NCBI GenBank assembly: GCA_013816805.1
Contig: JACDDS010000002.1
Coordinates: 73,530-137,529, forward strand
Length of the DNA: 64,000 nucleotides
Direction of reading: 5' to 3'
Origin: Chitinophagales bacterium
GTDB lineage: Bacteria; Bacteroidota; Bacteroidia; Chitinophagales; UBA10324
Program-made: the position numbers and the translations under genes
Notes under the pieces: generated by a model
What the model was told of the DNA's origin: nothing
The model's input: the letters and a program-made list of their open reading frames with translations, nothing else
The model's database searches: none
Shown: one piece after another, positions 39,491 to 49,719 of the stretch
Position numbering within the stretch: position 1 is the first letter of the stretch
How the letters are laid out: the number at the start of each line of letters is the position of its first letter

Positions 39491-41827
39491 TTATTCCGCT
39501 CGTAACCCTTTTACCGGGTTTGCAAGTGCCACCTTCACGGCCTGGGAGCTCACCGTAAAAAATGCAATCGCCATTCCACAAATTCCTGTCGCGATGAAAA
39601 CCGTCCAGCTAATGTCGATGCGATACGCGTAATTCTGCAGCCATTTATTCATGAAATACCACGCTACCGGCGATGCGATAAGAAGCGCGACAAAAACAAG
39701 ACTCAGAAAGCCTTTTGAAAGTAATGCGACGATGTTGCTTACCGATGCACCTAATACTTTTCTTATTGTGATCTCTCTTGTGCGATTCACCGCAGCAAGC
39801 GCAGCTAATCCAAGCAGACCAAGGCATGCAAGAAAAATACACAGTGCGCCCGCTAATCCAACAATACTGCTCCATCTTGCTTCCGACTTATAAAAGCGAT
39901 CCAGATTTTCATCGAGGAGTGAATAGCGAAATGGTAAATCAGCAACTGAAGATGTCCATGCGGATTTTATTTCTGCCAGGGCTTTGGAAGGATCACCCGG
40001 TTGTATGCGAACAAAATATTTGTACGGCGCATAGCCATGAAACTCATGGAACATCTCCGGTTTCACTTCTTCGCTGAACGACAGATAATGAAAATCTTTC
40101 ACCACACCAATCACTGTAGGAATAAAGTTCTCTGAGTAGCCTTTCAACTGTTGCCCGACTGCATTTTGTATTGCCCAGCCAAAATTCTTCATCATCGTCT
40201 CATTGATAATCACAGAATTCAACGTATCTGATGTGATGTGCGGATCAAAATTTCTTCCTGCTAAAAGTTGTAAGCCAAGCACCTGCAAATAATTCGGATC
40301 AACAAAATATTCGTATACATCGTGATGCTTCTTCGTCATATCATCCCACGATGAAATACTCCAACCGGTTCCTTCACCCAAACTTAATTCCACGTTCTCT
40401 TTGTTGAAACCCGGATTTGCTGAGCGTAAATATTTTAACTGCTGAAGAATGATAAGCGTTGAAATGATTAATCCTGCAGAGAGAATGAATTGGAAGGTTA
40501 CGAGCGACTTTGTGAAAATGTTAGAGCCACCGAGTCGCATTTTCTGTTTTAACACTTCAATTGGCCTGAAACCGGACAGCACCAGCGCCGGATAACTACC
40601 AGCTAAAATTCCCACTAAAAGAATAAGAAGCATTAACATCCAGATCATTTCAGGAAACTGCTGAAATGAAAATGCGAGATGTGATCCTGCAAGCTGATTG
40701 AAATACGGAAGGAAAAATCGCCCAAGTAAAATTCCGATGGCGGAGGATAAAGCTGAAAGAAGAATTGCTTCTATCATGAACTGACCTATCAGTTGGTTCT
40801 TTCTGCTGCCAATTACTTTTCTTATTCCAACTTCCTTTGCGCGGCCTGCACTGCGACCAATAGCGAGCGTGGTGAAGTTGATGCAGGCAATAATCAGAAT
40901 GCTTGCCGCGATGGCGAGAAGAATCCAAATATTTTTCGGATCAACAGTACCGATGGCGCTTCCTGCCACTTGCGTAGTAGTGTGCATGTCGCGGATCGGC
41001 ATCAGCTTGTACGTTGTTGGAATGCCGGAACCTTTCCAACTGCTCTCTTTCAACTTCGCCATTTCATCAGGATACTTTTCACTGTAGAGATTATCCAGTC
41101 GTTTCTGATCATTAGGCAAATGACTTCCAGGTTGCAGTTGCAGGTAGGTTATGTAACCAAAGTGGTGCCACTCATTTTCGCTCTGCTTTCCCCAATCGGT
41201 TCGCAGATATGCCTGGAAGTTTACCATCACCTGGAACTGAATCGTAGAATTAGACGGTGCATCTTCACTTACCGCACTCACGATAAAAGGTTCAAATGCC
41301 TTATCAACTTTAATCTCCACAGTTTTTCCCATAGGGTCCTCACTGCCGAAAAGTTTTTTCGCAGCGGAAGCGCTTAGCACCACATGATGCGCATCATCAA
41401 GTGAGGAGAAAAGATTTCCTTCTTTACTGCGGAAAGAAAAGATTTTGAAGATTGACGGATCAGCATAGGTGATCGGAATCGGAAGCACCACGCCATTCAC
41501 TCTTGTAAAATCATCGCTCCACCCTTCTGCCATCCGGGCGTATTGCAGTACGCCGGGTAATTCGGCTTTCATTGCAGGGCCCAAAGGGATTGGCATGTAT
41601 GGACTTCCGTTAGCGGGTTCATCCTTTGACCCGGCACTCCATCGATAAACGCGGAAAATATTTTCACCGCCGGCATGAAAGCGATCGAACGTAAATTCAT
41701 TCACGGCATACAACAGGAACAAAATGAAGCACGCCAAACCAATCGAAAGCCCGAAGACATTGATCAGCGCCAAACTTCTTTGTCTTGAGAAATTGCGAAG
41801 TGCAATTTTTAAATAGTGTTGAAGCAT
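39491..41827 (-). CDS. duplicated-FtsX (MacB-type) ABC transporter permease, paralog P4
   Basis: 778 aa. N-terminus MLQHYLKIALRNF, FtsX cores RAKEVGIRKVIGS and RTREITIRKVLGA, C-terminus NPVKGLRAE. Its second periplasmic domain is shorter than in the other paralogs. Confidence 0.9.
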   Translation of the reverse strand: MLQHYLKIALRNFSRQRSLALINVFGLSIGLACFILFLLYAVNEFTFDRFHAGGENIFRVYRWSAGSKDEPANGSPYMPIPLGPAMKAELPGVLQYARMAEGWSDDFTRVNGVVLPIPITYADPSIFKIFSFRSKEGNLFSSLDDAHHVVLSASAAKKLFGSEDPMGKTVEIKVDKAFEPFIVSAVSEDAPSNSTIQFQVMVNFQAYLRTDWGKQSENEWHHFGYITYLQLQPGSHLPNDQKRLDNLYSEKYPDEMAKLKESSWKGSGIPTTYKLMPIRDMHTTTQVAGSAIGTVDPKNIWILLAIAASILIIACINFTTLAIGRSAGRAKEVGIRKVIGSRKNQLIGQFMIEAILLSALSSAIGILLGRFFLPYFNQLAGSHLAFSFQQFPEMIWMLMLLILLVGILAGSYPALVLSGFRPIEVLKQKMRLGGSNIFTKSLVTFQFILSAGLIISTLIILQQLKYLRSANPGFNKENVELSLGEGTGWSISSWDDMTKKHHDVYEYFVDPNYLQVLGLQLLAGRNFDPHITSDTLNSVIINETMMKNFGWAIQNAVGQQLKGYSENFIPTVIGVVKDFHYLSFSEEVKPEMFHEFHGYAPYKYFVRIQPGDPSKALAEIKSAWTSSVADLPFRYSLLDENLDRFYKSEARWSSIVGLAGALCIFLACLGLLGLAALAAVNRTREITIRKVLGASVSNIVALLSKGFLSLVFVALLIASPVAWYFMNKWLQNYAYRIDISWTVFIATGICGMAIAFFTVSSQAVKVALANPVKGLRAE

Positions 41828-41900
41828 CTTAATGTTTAAGGTGTGAGTTAATGTTGATTACCTCTCATTATTTAATTGTCGAAGTATTAATTCACTCTTT

Positions 41901-42047
41901 TGTTACAGCGCAGATCAATTAAATTACCTCTAAACATTGATCACATCAACATGCCAGAAAGAAGCATTCCTGATTTACAATTAGTTAGTATTTTATAAGG
42001 AAAAAAGGTGTTCGCTTATGATACATTTGCTGTTCGAAAATGATAGG
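41901..42047 (-). promoter_or_regulatory. conserved upstream module, copy B (in front of P4)
   Basis: Read on the plus strand: TGTTACAGCGCAGA..AATTAA box at 41901. ATGCCAGAA at 41951-41959 with CAGAA-N8-TCCTG. Direct repeats TGTTCGCTTATGATACA (42009-42025) and TGTTCGAAAATGATAGG (42031-42047), starting 22 bp apart. Confidence 0.55.
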
Positions 42048-42083
42048 TGTGGTTCACCGGATTTAATGCAGATGGCCGTGCCT

Positions 42084-44501
42084 TTACTCTGTTCTTAAAC
42101 TTTTAACCGGGTTTGCATTCGCTGCTTTCATTGCCTGAAATCCTACTGTAATGAGTGTAATCAGCAATGCTGAAATAGCAGCGATTAAAAACATCCACCA
42201 ACTCATGCTGATTCGGTATTCAAAATTTTGCAGCCACTTATTCATAGCGTAGAAGGCAAGAGGAAATGCAATCACAGATGCAATGGCCACCGTGATCATG
42301 AAATCTTTTGAGATTATGGAAAGCACGTGTGCATATGAGGCACCGAGAATTTTCCGGATGCCAATTTCCTTTGTCCTTCGGTTTACTACTAGTGTTGCCA
42401 ACCCAAACAATCCCATGCATGCAATGAAAATGGAGAGTACCGATGCCAGCAAAATGATGTTACTCACACGCTGTTCGTTGGCATATTGAGCGGCGATGGA
42501 TTCATCTAGAAAACGATAATCAAAATCCTGGTCGGCCGCGATCTTCTTCCAAGCATCGTGCAGAAGTTCAATGCCTGCGGATAAACTTCCTGCAGCGAGG
42601 CGAACACTCACTCTTGGCTGCGGAGCGACATTGATATTGATGTCGTTCGTTTGATTCGCCATCGAATCGGCTTGCAGTGCAAGAACCAGAGGCTTAACTT
42701 TTACATGAAGTGATTCATAATTAAAATCCTTCATGACACCAATCACATGCTGACTGAAATTACCGGGGAGTTTTTTTCCGATAGGATCTCCTATTTTAAA
42801 TTCATTCACGAATGCCTCATTCACGATCACAGCCTCGGCTTTATCTGCTGTGTTATTCTTCTGAAAATTTCTTCCTTCCACAATCTGAATGTTCATGGCA
42901 GGAATGAAATCTTCATCCACTTCATTCATATTTAAGTTGCCATATTTCCTTTGCTCATCTCTGAAGCCCATGTGAATCCAACTGTTTTCAGAAAAAGAAT
43001 AGAGCGAAGTGGTTGCTTCTTTTACCTGCGGAATTTTATTGAGTTCATTACGGAATCGCATTGCCATCTGACTGGCTTCCACTCCACCTTTATTCATTGG
43101 CACAATTACCACTTGCTCTTTATTATAGCCGAGATTTTTGTTTTTCATATAATTCAACTGACCACTGATTACGAGCGTGCAGATAATCATCGAGATCGAA
43201 GCAATGAACTGCCCGGCAATCAGTGACCGACGAAACAGTCCCACACTTCCCGAGCCTTTCAATTTCCCTTTGAAAACTTCGGTAGGATTAAAAGATGAAA
43301 GAACAAGAGAAGGATAAATACCTACGACGAAAGCAATAAAAAGGAGTAATGCGATAAAAAATAAAATCACCACCGGATCAAATGTTAAAGAAAGATGTCT
43401 CTGAAATAAATTGTTAAATGGATCCAGAAACAACAATGCGAAAAGAAATCCGATCACCACTGAAGTAATGGTGAAGAGGAATGCCTCTGTCCAGAATTGC
43501 TGGATCAATTGTTTTCTTTCTGCGCCCATCACTTTTCTCACGCCTACTTCCATCGCCCGATTGGTGGATCTTCCAATGGAAAGCGTAATGAAATTGATAC
43601 AGGCAATTAACAGAATCAGTATTCCAATGGTGGCAAGCACGTAAGAGTAAACCGGAGTGCTTGTTCCGTTGCCGGGAGGAACGGTACGTCCGAAATAAAT
43701 ATCGCTGATCGGTTGCAGGTACAAACTTAAAACGCCAGGCTGGTAATTGTCTCCTGAAATCACTTTAATCAGTGATTCAAATTTCGGAGCGAAGGATGCT
43801 GATGTTTCAGGTTGTTTCAAAAGCACAAATGATTCGGGATAGATCTGAGTCCACGCCGTCATCTGCTCCGGTGAAAAAAGATAGTGTGCATTGTCGAACG
43901 ACATCAGCATGTCGAATTGAATACTCGATTCTTCCGGTACATGATCCACGACGCCACTAACCGTGTACAGCACTTTATCGTCCCGCATTTGCAGTTCAAG
44001 ATTCAGTCCTATAGGATCTGTATTCCCAAAATACTTTTTTGCTTTTTCTTTGGTGATGATGATAGAATTCGCAGTGGGAAAAGGATTGTTCGGATTTCCT
44101 TGCGTCAATTCGAAGTCGAACATTTTGAAGAAAGCAACATCAACCATGTCAATGTCTTCGTTACTCGCCGTTTGATTGATTGCTTTTACATTCGATGAAA
44201 ATGAATTAACCCGGGTGAATTCCACCACATCCGGCATATTGGCTTTAATTGCGGGACCAAGGGGAATGGGCGTTGCGATGTCAGTATAAATTTTATCCGT
44301 ACCGTAATTCTCCTGCATCCACACGCGATAGAGCAGGTCCGATTTTGTGTGAAAGCAATCATAGTTCCATTCGCTTTTCACGAAGAGCATAATGAGAATA
44401 CACGAAGCAACTCCTACCGCAAGGCCTAAAATATTTATAGCAGTATAACCTTTATGTTTTAAGAGGTAACGTGCGGCGATTTTCAAATAATTTTTTATCA
44501 T
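42084..44501 (-). CDS. duplicated-FtsX (MacB-type) ABC transporter permease, paralog P3
   Basis: 805 aa. N-terminus MIKNYLKIAARYL, FtsX cores RAMEVGVRKVMGA and RTKEIGIRKILGA, C-terminus NPVKSLRTE. Confidence 0.9.
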   Translation of the reverse strand: MIKNYLKIAARYLLKHKGYTAINILGLAVGVASCILIMLFVKSEWNYDCFHTKSDLLYRVWMQENYGTDKIYTDIATPIPLGPAIKANMPDVVEFTRVNSFSSNVKAINQTASNEDIDMVDVAFFKMFDFELTQGNPNNPFPTANSIIITKEKAKKYFGNTDPIGLNLELQMRDDKVLYTVSGVVDHVPEESSIQFDMLMSFDNAHYLFSPEQMTAWTQIYPESFVLLKQPETSASFAPKFESLIKVISGDNYQPGVLSLYLQPISDIYFGRTVPPGNGTSTPVYSYVLATIGILILLIACINFITLSIGRSTNRAMEVGVRKVMGAERKQLIQQFWTEAFLFTITSVVIGFLFALLFLDPFNNLFQRHLSLTFDPVVILFFIALLLFIAFVVGIYPSLVLSSFNPTEVFKGKLKGSGSVGLFRRSLIAGQFIASISMIICTLVISGQLNYMKNKNLGYNKEQVVIVPMNKGGVEASQMAMRFRNELNKIPQVKEATTSLYSFSENSWIHMGFRDEQRKYGNLNMNEVDEDFIPAMNIQIVEGRNFQKNNTADKAEAVIVNEAFVNEFKIGDPIGKKLPGNFSQHVIGVMKDFNYESLHVKVKPLVLALQADSMANQTNDININVAPQPRVSVRLAAGSLSAGIELLHDAWKKIAADQDFDYRFLDESIAAQYANEQRVSNIILLASVLSIFIACMGLFGLATLVVNRRTKEIGIRKILGASYAHVLSIISKDFMITVAIASVIAFPLAFYAMNKWLQNFEYRISMSWWMFLIAAISALLITLITVGFQAMKAANANPVKSLRTE

Positions 44502-44582
44502 AGGAAAAATGTTTCCAGTTTCTGTTTAGGTTGGCGTCCTCATTAATTTTAATCCTGATCCATTCCGGATTTTTTTTTCTGA

Positions 44583-47009
44583 TTATTCGGTTCGTAAATT
44601 TTTTACCGGATTGGAAATTGCCGCTCGAATTGATTGTATACTGATTGTTGCAAAGGCAATGAATGATGCAAGAAGAGCGGCCACAGGAAAAATCCACCAG
44701 CTAATTTCCGTCCGATATGCAAATCCTTTCAGCCATTCGTTCATAGCATACCATCCGATAGGAAACGAGATTAATGCGGCAACGATCACCAGCTTTAAGA
44801 AATCGTAGGATAACATTCGCACAATACAACTCACGCTTGCGCCCAGTACTTTTCTTATTCCAATCTCTTTAAACCGCTGAAGAATTGTAAAGGATGACAA
44901 GCCAAGTAACCCCAAACATGCAATCAGAATAGCGATGATAGAAAACAGTGTGAACAGATGTTCCTGTTTCCGTTCCGCATCATACAGCCTGCTGAAATTA
45001 TTATCCAGAAAGGTATAATCAAATGCAAAGCCAGGTAAAAACTGATTCCATGCCTCTCTTAAATCATTTAACCCTGCATGGGTGTTATTTGCCGAAAGCT
45101 TAACTGAAAGACTGCCATAGTATTTTTTAATAACTGGTGTTCCCATGATCAGGATTACCGGAACAATCGGCTGATGCATCGATTCAAAATGAAAATCTTT
45201 CATAACACCAACCACCTTACCCTCAACATTCCCGTACTTAAATGCTTTTCCAATTGCATTTTTTGGGTTTTGCCAGCCAAGCATTTTTATTGCCGCCTCG
45301 TTTAAGATATAATTGTCTGTATCTTTTGGATATTCTGGTGAGAAATTTCTTCCGGCTACCATCTTAATACCATAGGTGGGTATAAATCCATAGTCTACTG
45401 CTACATATTTTATTGCTGCAGAAACAGGTACAGTTGAATCCGCGGAGATGGTTTGTGCACCCATATCATCAAGCAGCCGACCCGTTGGAATGCGTGAGGA
45501 ACGTGTAGCATCTTTGATAGTAGCATGCCGGAGCAATTCACTCTTGAATGCTTCAAAGGAGGGATCCAGAGCATAATTGTAGGTCATGGTCACCACCTGA
45601 TCCTTATCGAATCCCGGAGCGGTTTTCATTACATAATTCAGCTGGCGAAATACTATTGCAGTTGAAATAATAAGTATAATGGAGATGGTGAATTGAACGA
45701 CTACCAAAACCTTTCTAAATGAAATACTTCCCGTTCCGGGCTTAAAAATTCCTTTCAATGCAATTATAGGCTGGAAGGATGAAAGGTAGAGCGCAGGATA
45801 AATCCCTGCAAGAACTCCGACAATAAATGGAGTAATAAATAGAACGATCATTAGCCACCATCTCAATAAACCTGGTAGTGATAGCTGCCCGGTAACCTGG
45901 TTTAAAACGGGAAGTACCAGAATAGTCATTAGCAAAGCACATAACATCGCCGTCCAGCTCAATAAAACAGATTCGAAAAGGAACTGGGTAATTAAATTTC
46001 CGCGTTGAGCGCCAATCACCTTCCGGACACCAATCTCCCGCGAGCGAAGCGCCGATCTGGCAGTGGAAAGATTCATATAATTAATGCATGCAATCAGTAA
46101 TATGAAAAGACTGATTGCAGCGAAAATATACACGATAGTGATGTCACCATTCTGCTCTGCCTCATCATCCAAATGCGACCGCAGGTGTATATCCGTAAGC
46201 TTCTGAAGACTAAGCGCCGTATATTTCGACTGTTTTAATTCAGGGTGCATTTTGCTTTTCATGTGCCTGTCAATAAATGCCGGGAACTGGTTTGCTATTT
46301 TTTCTGCAGGATAATTTTCAGGCAACTTGATGTAGGTGAAAAATGAATTGTTACCATAATTGGTAAGCAGGTTATTTATTCCATAAATAGAAGAATCCTC
46401 GAGCGTAGGAAATGAAATGAGAATTTCAGGATGGATGTGGGCAGCTGCCGGAAAAGGCTGATAAATACCAGTTACTTTCAGATCATTCGTATTGTTAAGG
46501 CGCATCACCTTATTCATAGGGTCTTCACTTCCGAAATATTTTCTGGCTTCGTCCGGAGTAAGCATTACGCAAAATGGATCGTTTAATGCTGTTTCGGGAT
46601 CACCCTGCAAAACATTTACAGTGAAAATGTGAAACAAACTCCTATCAGCATACCAGGAACCCGGTTCATTAAAAATCTTTTCTTTATAGCGAAATGGTGT
46701 AGGGCCATTTGGAAGCAAACGAGTATAGTCTTCAATATCTGGAAAATCATTTTTCAGAAGTGGTCCGAAGGGAGGAGCAACGGAACTTAAATTCAGCTCC
46801 TGAATACCTTCGCTGTTATTGAAGCTCCTCGTAACACGGTATATCTGGCCTGCATTTTTATTATAGCGATCGAAACTTAGTTCATTAAGTATAAATGCCA
46901 GGATCAGCAAACAGCAGGTAAGGCCTACCGTTAATCCAAAAAGATTTATAAAGGAAGTGAACTTGTATTTTAATAGATTCCTGATTGCAATTTTAAAATA
47001 GTTGCTCAT
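44583..47009 (-). CDS. duplicated-FtsX (MacB-type) ABC transporter permease, paralog P2
   Basis: 808 aa. N-terminus MSNYFKIAIRNL, FtsX cores RSREIGVRKVIGA and RFKEIGIRKVLGA, C-terminus NPVKNLRTE. Confidence 0.9.
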   Translation of the reverse strand: MSNYFKIAIRNLLKYKFTSFINLFGLTVGLTCCLLILAFILNELSFDRYNKNAGQIYRVTRSFNNSEGIQELNLSSVAPPFGPLLKNDFPDIEDYTRLLPNGPTPFRYKEKIFNEPGSWYADRSLFHIFTVNVLQGDPETALNDPFCVMLTPDEARKYFGSEDPMNKVMRLNNTNDLKVTGIYQPFPAAAHIHPEILISFPTLEDSSIYGINNLLTNYGNNSFFTYIKLPENYPAEKIANQFPAFIDRHMKSKMHPELKQSKYTALSLQKLTDIHLRSHLDDEAEQNGDITIVYIFAAISLFILLIACINYMNLSTARSALRSREIGVRKVIGAQRGNLITQFLFESVLLSWTAMLCALLMTILVLPVLNQVTGQLSLPGLLRWWLMIVLFITPFIVGVLAGIYPALYLSSFQPIIALKGIFKPGTGSISFRKVLVVVQFTISIILIISTAIVFRQLNYVMKTAPGFDKDQVVTMTYNYALDPSFEAFKSELLRHATIKDATRSSRIPTGRLLDDMGAQTISADSTVPVSAAIKYVAVDYGFIPTYGIKMVAGRNFSPEYPKDTDNYILNEAAIKMLGWQNPKNAIGKAFKYGNVEGKVVGVMKDFHFESMHQPIVPVILIMGTPVIKKYYGSLSVKLSANNTHAGLNDLREAWNQFLPGFAFDYTFLDNNFSRLYDAERKQEHLFTLFSIIAILIACLGLLGLSSFTILQRFKEIGIRKVLGASVSCIVRMLSYDFLKLVIVAALISFPIGWYAMNEWLKGFAYRTEISWWIFPVAALLASFIAFATISIQSIRAAISNPVKNLRTE

Positions 47010-47201
47010 GGAAAAAGTGCCAGGTTAGTTTTTAGATTTCTGTAATTAGATTTCAGTAATCAGGTGTTTCAAGTTTGAAGTCTGAAAGTTTAAGGTTTGA
47101 TGCTGAAGTGTGTTTTATTTTGAATTTGTTTATCAGTATCCATTCAACATTATTTTATACTGAACTCAACCTGATGGCTGATACCTGAGAGCTCATTCTC
47201 T

Positions 47202-49625
47202 TCATTCTATCCTCAGTGATTTAACGGGGTTAATAAATGCCAATCTTAATATTTGTACGATCACGGTAAGCACAGCAATAGAAATAGAAAGCAACCCTGC
47301 AAGGATAAAAGTCCACCAGCTGATATTAATGCGGAAAACAAAATTTTGAAGCCAGCTATTCATCAGATACCAACCCATGGGGATTGCAATTATCAGCGCC
47401 ACAATAACCAGGACTAAAAAATATTTAAGAAACAAAGCACTGATATTTGCTATCGATGCACCAAGTACTTTTCGTATCCCAACTTCTTTAGTTCTGTTTG
47501 CTATAAAGAATGAAACCAGACCAAACAGACCAAGGCATGAAATAAAAATGGCGAGGGCAGCAACTACTTTATACAGCTTGGCAAGCTTTTCATCCTGCAG
47601 GTAAAATTGTGCAATGTTCTCATCGAGAAAAGTATTCCCGAAGAAATATTCAGGATAAATCCTATCCCATATTTTATTTACTGCTGTAATCGTTTCACTT
47701 ATAGTTCCGGGTAAAATCTTTATTCCGGCAATTCCATAATAATCTTTTTTGCAGGAGATGTAAGTAGGTTTTACGGTTTCATGCAAAGAATTCGTTTTAA
47801 AATCCTTTACAACACCAACTACTGGTTTCCACTTTCCTCTTCCAGTCCGGATCATTTTTCCGATAGCATCCTGAGGATTTGAAACTCCTAATTTTTTCAT
47901 CAGTGTCTTATTGATCACCACTTCTTTTGAGGTGTCTGATTGTTCATATCCTTGTCCTGCCAGAAACTTTAATCCGTATGTCCGGAAAAAATCTGCGTCT
48001 GCAAACTTGAGGTAAACATTAAAATCTTCATCTTTTGGCCGATGATCAAAAGAAAAATTTGTACTCCAGTCATTTTCAGAAGTGGGGGCATCACTGCTGA
48101 TGCTAACATTAGTAACAGATGAAAGCTGCTGCACCTCATTCTTAAAATCGCTGAAGCGGGCAATAGCAGTGGTATCACTGTATAAAGGAACCTGCATAAT
48201 CACATTGGGATTTAAGCCAAGGTCTGCCTGATGAATGTATTGCAGCAGACCTGCAGTAATAATGGTTGCGATTATGAGCACCTGTGAAATCAGAAATTGA
48301 AAAACCACCAATCCTGCCCGCAGACTTACACCTGTCTTAGTTCTGTTGGGGATTTTATTCTTAAGTGCCTGAATCGGCTGAAAACCGGAAAGTACTAATG
48401 CAGGGTATGTACCCGCTAACACAGTTACAGCTAAAATGATTATTGCAATCCATATCCAGACATTACTACTGAAAAGAATGGATACGTTATCCGGCAGGTT
48501 TGTAAGGTCTTTCACAAAAGGAAAAGCGGCAACTGCAATTGCGATTCCAATCACTGATGATGCAGTAACAATTAAAAATGTCTCTCCGGCAAATTGTTTT
48601 ACCAAATCAAACCTGCTGCTGCCGAGCACTTTGCGTACACCTACTTCCCTGGAACGCCGGGTAGCAAGTGCAGTAGCGAGATTAATGAAGTTAATACACG
48701 CCATCAGAACGACGAAAAGGGCAATCAGGATCACTCCGTTTAGAGTTGTTTTGCTCACCGTCCTTACATCGGAACCGTAATCCTGGTTGAAGTGAACATC
48801 GCTCAATGGCTGAAGCGAATTTAGCATCTGCTCATTGGTATTACTGCGGTAATGTTTTTTTGAAAACGAAGGAAGCAATCTATCAATAGATGCGGCTGAC
48901 ATGTTTGGAGGTAATAAAACATAAGCGTTGAAATTGCTGCTTATATTCCCCCAATCGCTTAGTTGATTGTATGAAGCGGAATCGTTGGTACGAAAAGTTA
49001 TAAACGACATTGCTATTTTTAACGGAATGCTGCTGTTATCAGGAGAGTCATTCATGATTCCATTCACCTGAAGCGTAAATGAATGGTTCACCTTAATAGA
49101 TTGTCCGATTGCCTTTTTCCAGTCACCAAAGAATTGCTCAGCAACGCTTTTACTTAGTGCAATGGAATTTGGTTCCGCCATCGCGGTAGCCGGATTCCCC
49201 GTGATCCAGGGAAAAGTGAATATTTTGAAAAAATCAGGCTGAATATAATAGATGCCATCGTCCTGCTTAAATTTTCTGACCTCCCCCGTTTCAGGATCGG
49301 TAACTGCAAAAAAGGAATTGAACTGGGAATAGGCAGTAGTTACATCTTTTAACTGGGGCATGTCAACCTGAAGTGCTTCTCCCAAAAGCAGTGGAACACC
49401 CGAGGTCTGAGCTTTTGTGCCATCCGAATAGCTCGTATTTGTTACTATCCGGTAGATTCGGCTTTTCTGCGAATTAAAGTGGTCGAAGCTTTTCTCAAAC
49501 TGCACATTAATAAAAATGATCAGCGCGCAGGCAACACTCAGTGCAAGTCCGGCAATATTGATGATCGTGAAGCTTCTGTTTCTTAGTAAATTTCGGAAGG
49601 CTGTTTTTAAATAATTTCTAATCAT
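47202..49625 (-). CDS. duplicated-FtsX (MacB-type) ABC transporter permease, paralog P1
   Basis: 807 aa. N-terminus MIRNYLKTAFRNL, FtsX cores RSREVGVRKVLGS and RTKEVGIRKVLGA, C-terminus NPVKSLRIE. Confidence 0.9.
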   Translation of the reverse strand: MIRNYLKTAFRNLLRNRSFTIINIAGLALSVACALIIFINVQFEKSFDHFNSQKSRIYRIVTNTSYSDGTKAQTSGVPLLLGEALQVDMPQLKDVTTAYSQFNSFFAVTDPETGEVRKFKQDDGIYYIQPDFFKIFTFPWITGNPATAMAEPNSIALSKSVAEQFFGDWKKAIGQSIKVNHSFTLQVNGIMNDSPDNSSIPLKIAMSFITFRTNDSASYNQLSDWGNISSNFNAYVLLPPNMSAASIDRLLPSFSKKHYRSNTNEQMLNSLQPLSDVHFNQDYGSDVRTVSKTTLNGVILIALFVVLMACINFINLATALATRRSREVGVRKVLGSSRFDLVKQFAGETFLIVTASSVIGIAIAVAAFPFVKDLTNLPDNVSILFSSNVWIWIAIIILAVTVLAGTYPALVLSGFQPIQALKNKIPNRTKTGVSLRAGLVVFQFLISQVLIIATIITAGLLQYIHQADLGLNPNVIMQVPLYSDTTAIARFSDFKNEVQQLSSVTNVSISSDAPTSENDWSTNFSFDHRPKDEDFNVYLKFADADFFRTYGLKFLAGQGYEQSDTSKEVVINKTLMKKLGVSNPQDAIGKMIRTGRGKWKPVVGVVKDFKTNSLHETVKPTYISCKKDYYGIAGIKILPGTISETITAVNKIWDRIYPEYFFGNTFLDENIAQFYLQDEKLAKLYKVVAALAIFISCLGLFGLVSFFIANRTKEVGIRKVLGASIANISALFLKYFLVLVIVALIIAIPMGWYLMNSWLQNFVFRINISWWTFILAGLLSISIAVLTVIVQILRLAFINPVKSLRIE

Positions 49626-49719
49626 GAGCTATCCGCTTTTCAGTTACAACTTTCAGTAATCAGCAGTCAGTCTTCAGTTATCAGCGTTCAGGTTTCTGAT
49701 TACAGAAGCTGATGGCTAT

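Noticed and set aside
40793-41377. A 194-aa plus-strand ORF, together with a recurring set of antisense ORFs in every permease gene. Examples are 33499..33729 and 39651..39893, which both begin MKYHATG, and also 30822.., 35807.., 42283.., 44611.. and 47377...
   Set aside because: All of them lie entirely antisense to strongly supported permease CDSs. Their recurrence is explained by the conserved sense-strand FtsX core and C-terminus (antisense of KEIGIRKVLGA reads ...APSTFRIPIS...). They are shadow ORFs, not a conserved antisense gene.
42009-42047. The 17-bp direct repeats with regular spacing could be taken for a mini CRISPR-like array.
   Set aside because: There are only two repeat units per site, with 5-bp 'spacers'. 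The sites are located upstream of gene starts and no cas genes are present. A transcription-factor site is the better explanation.
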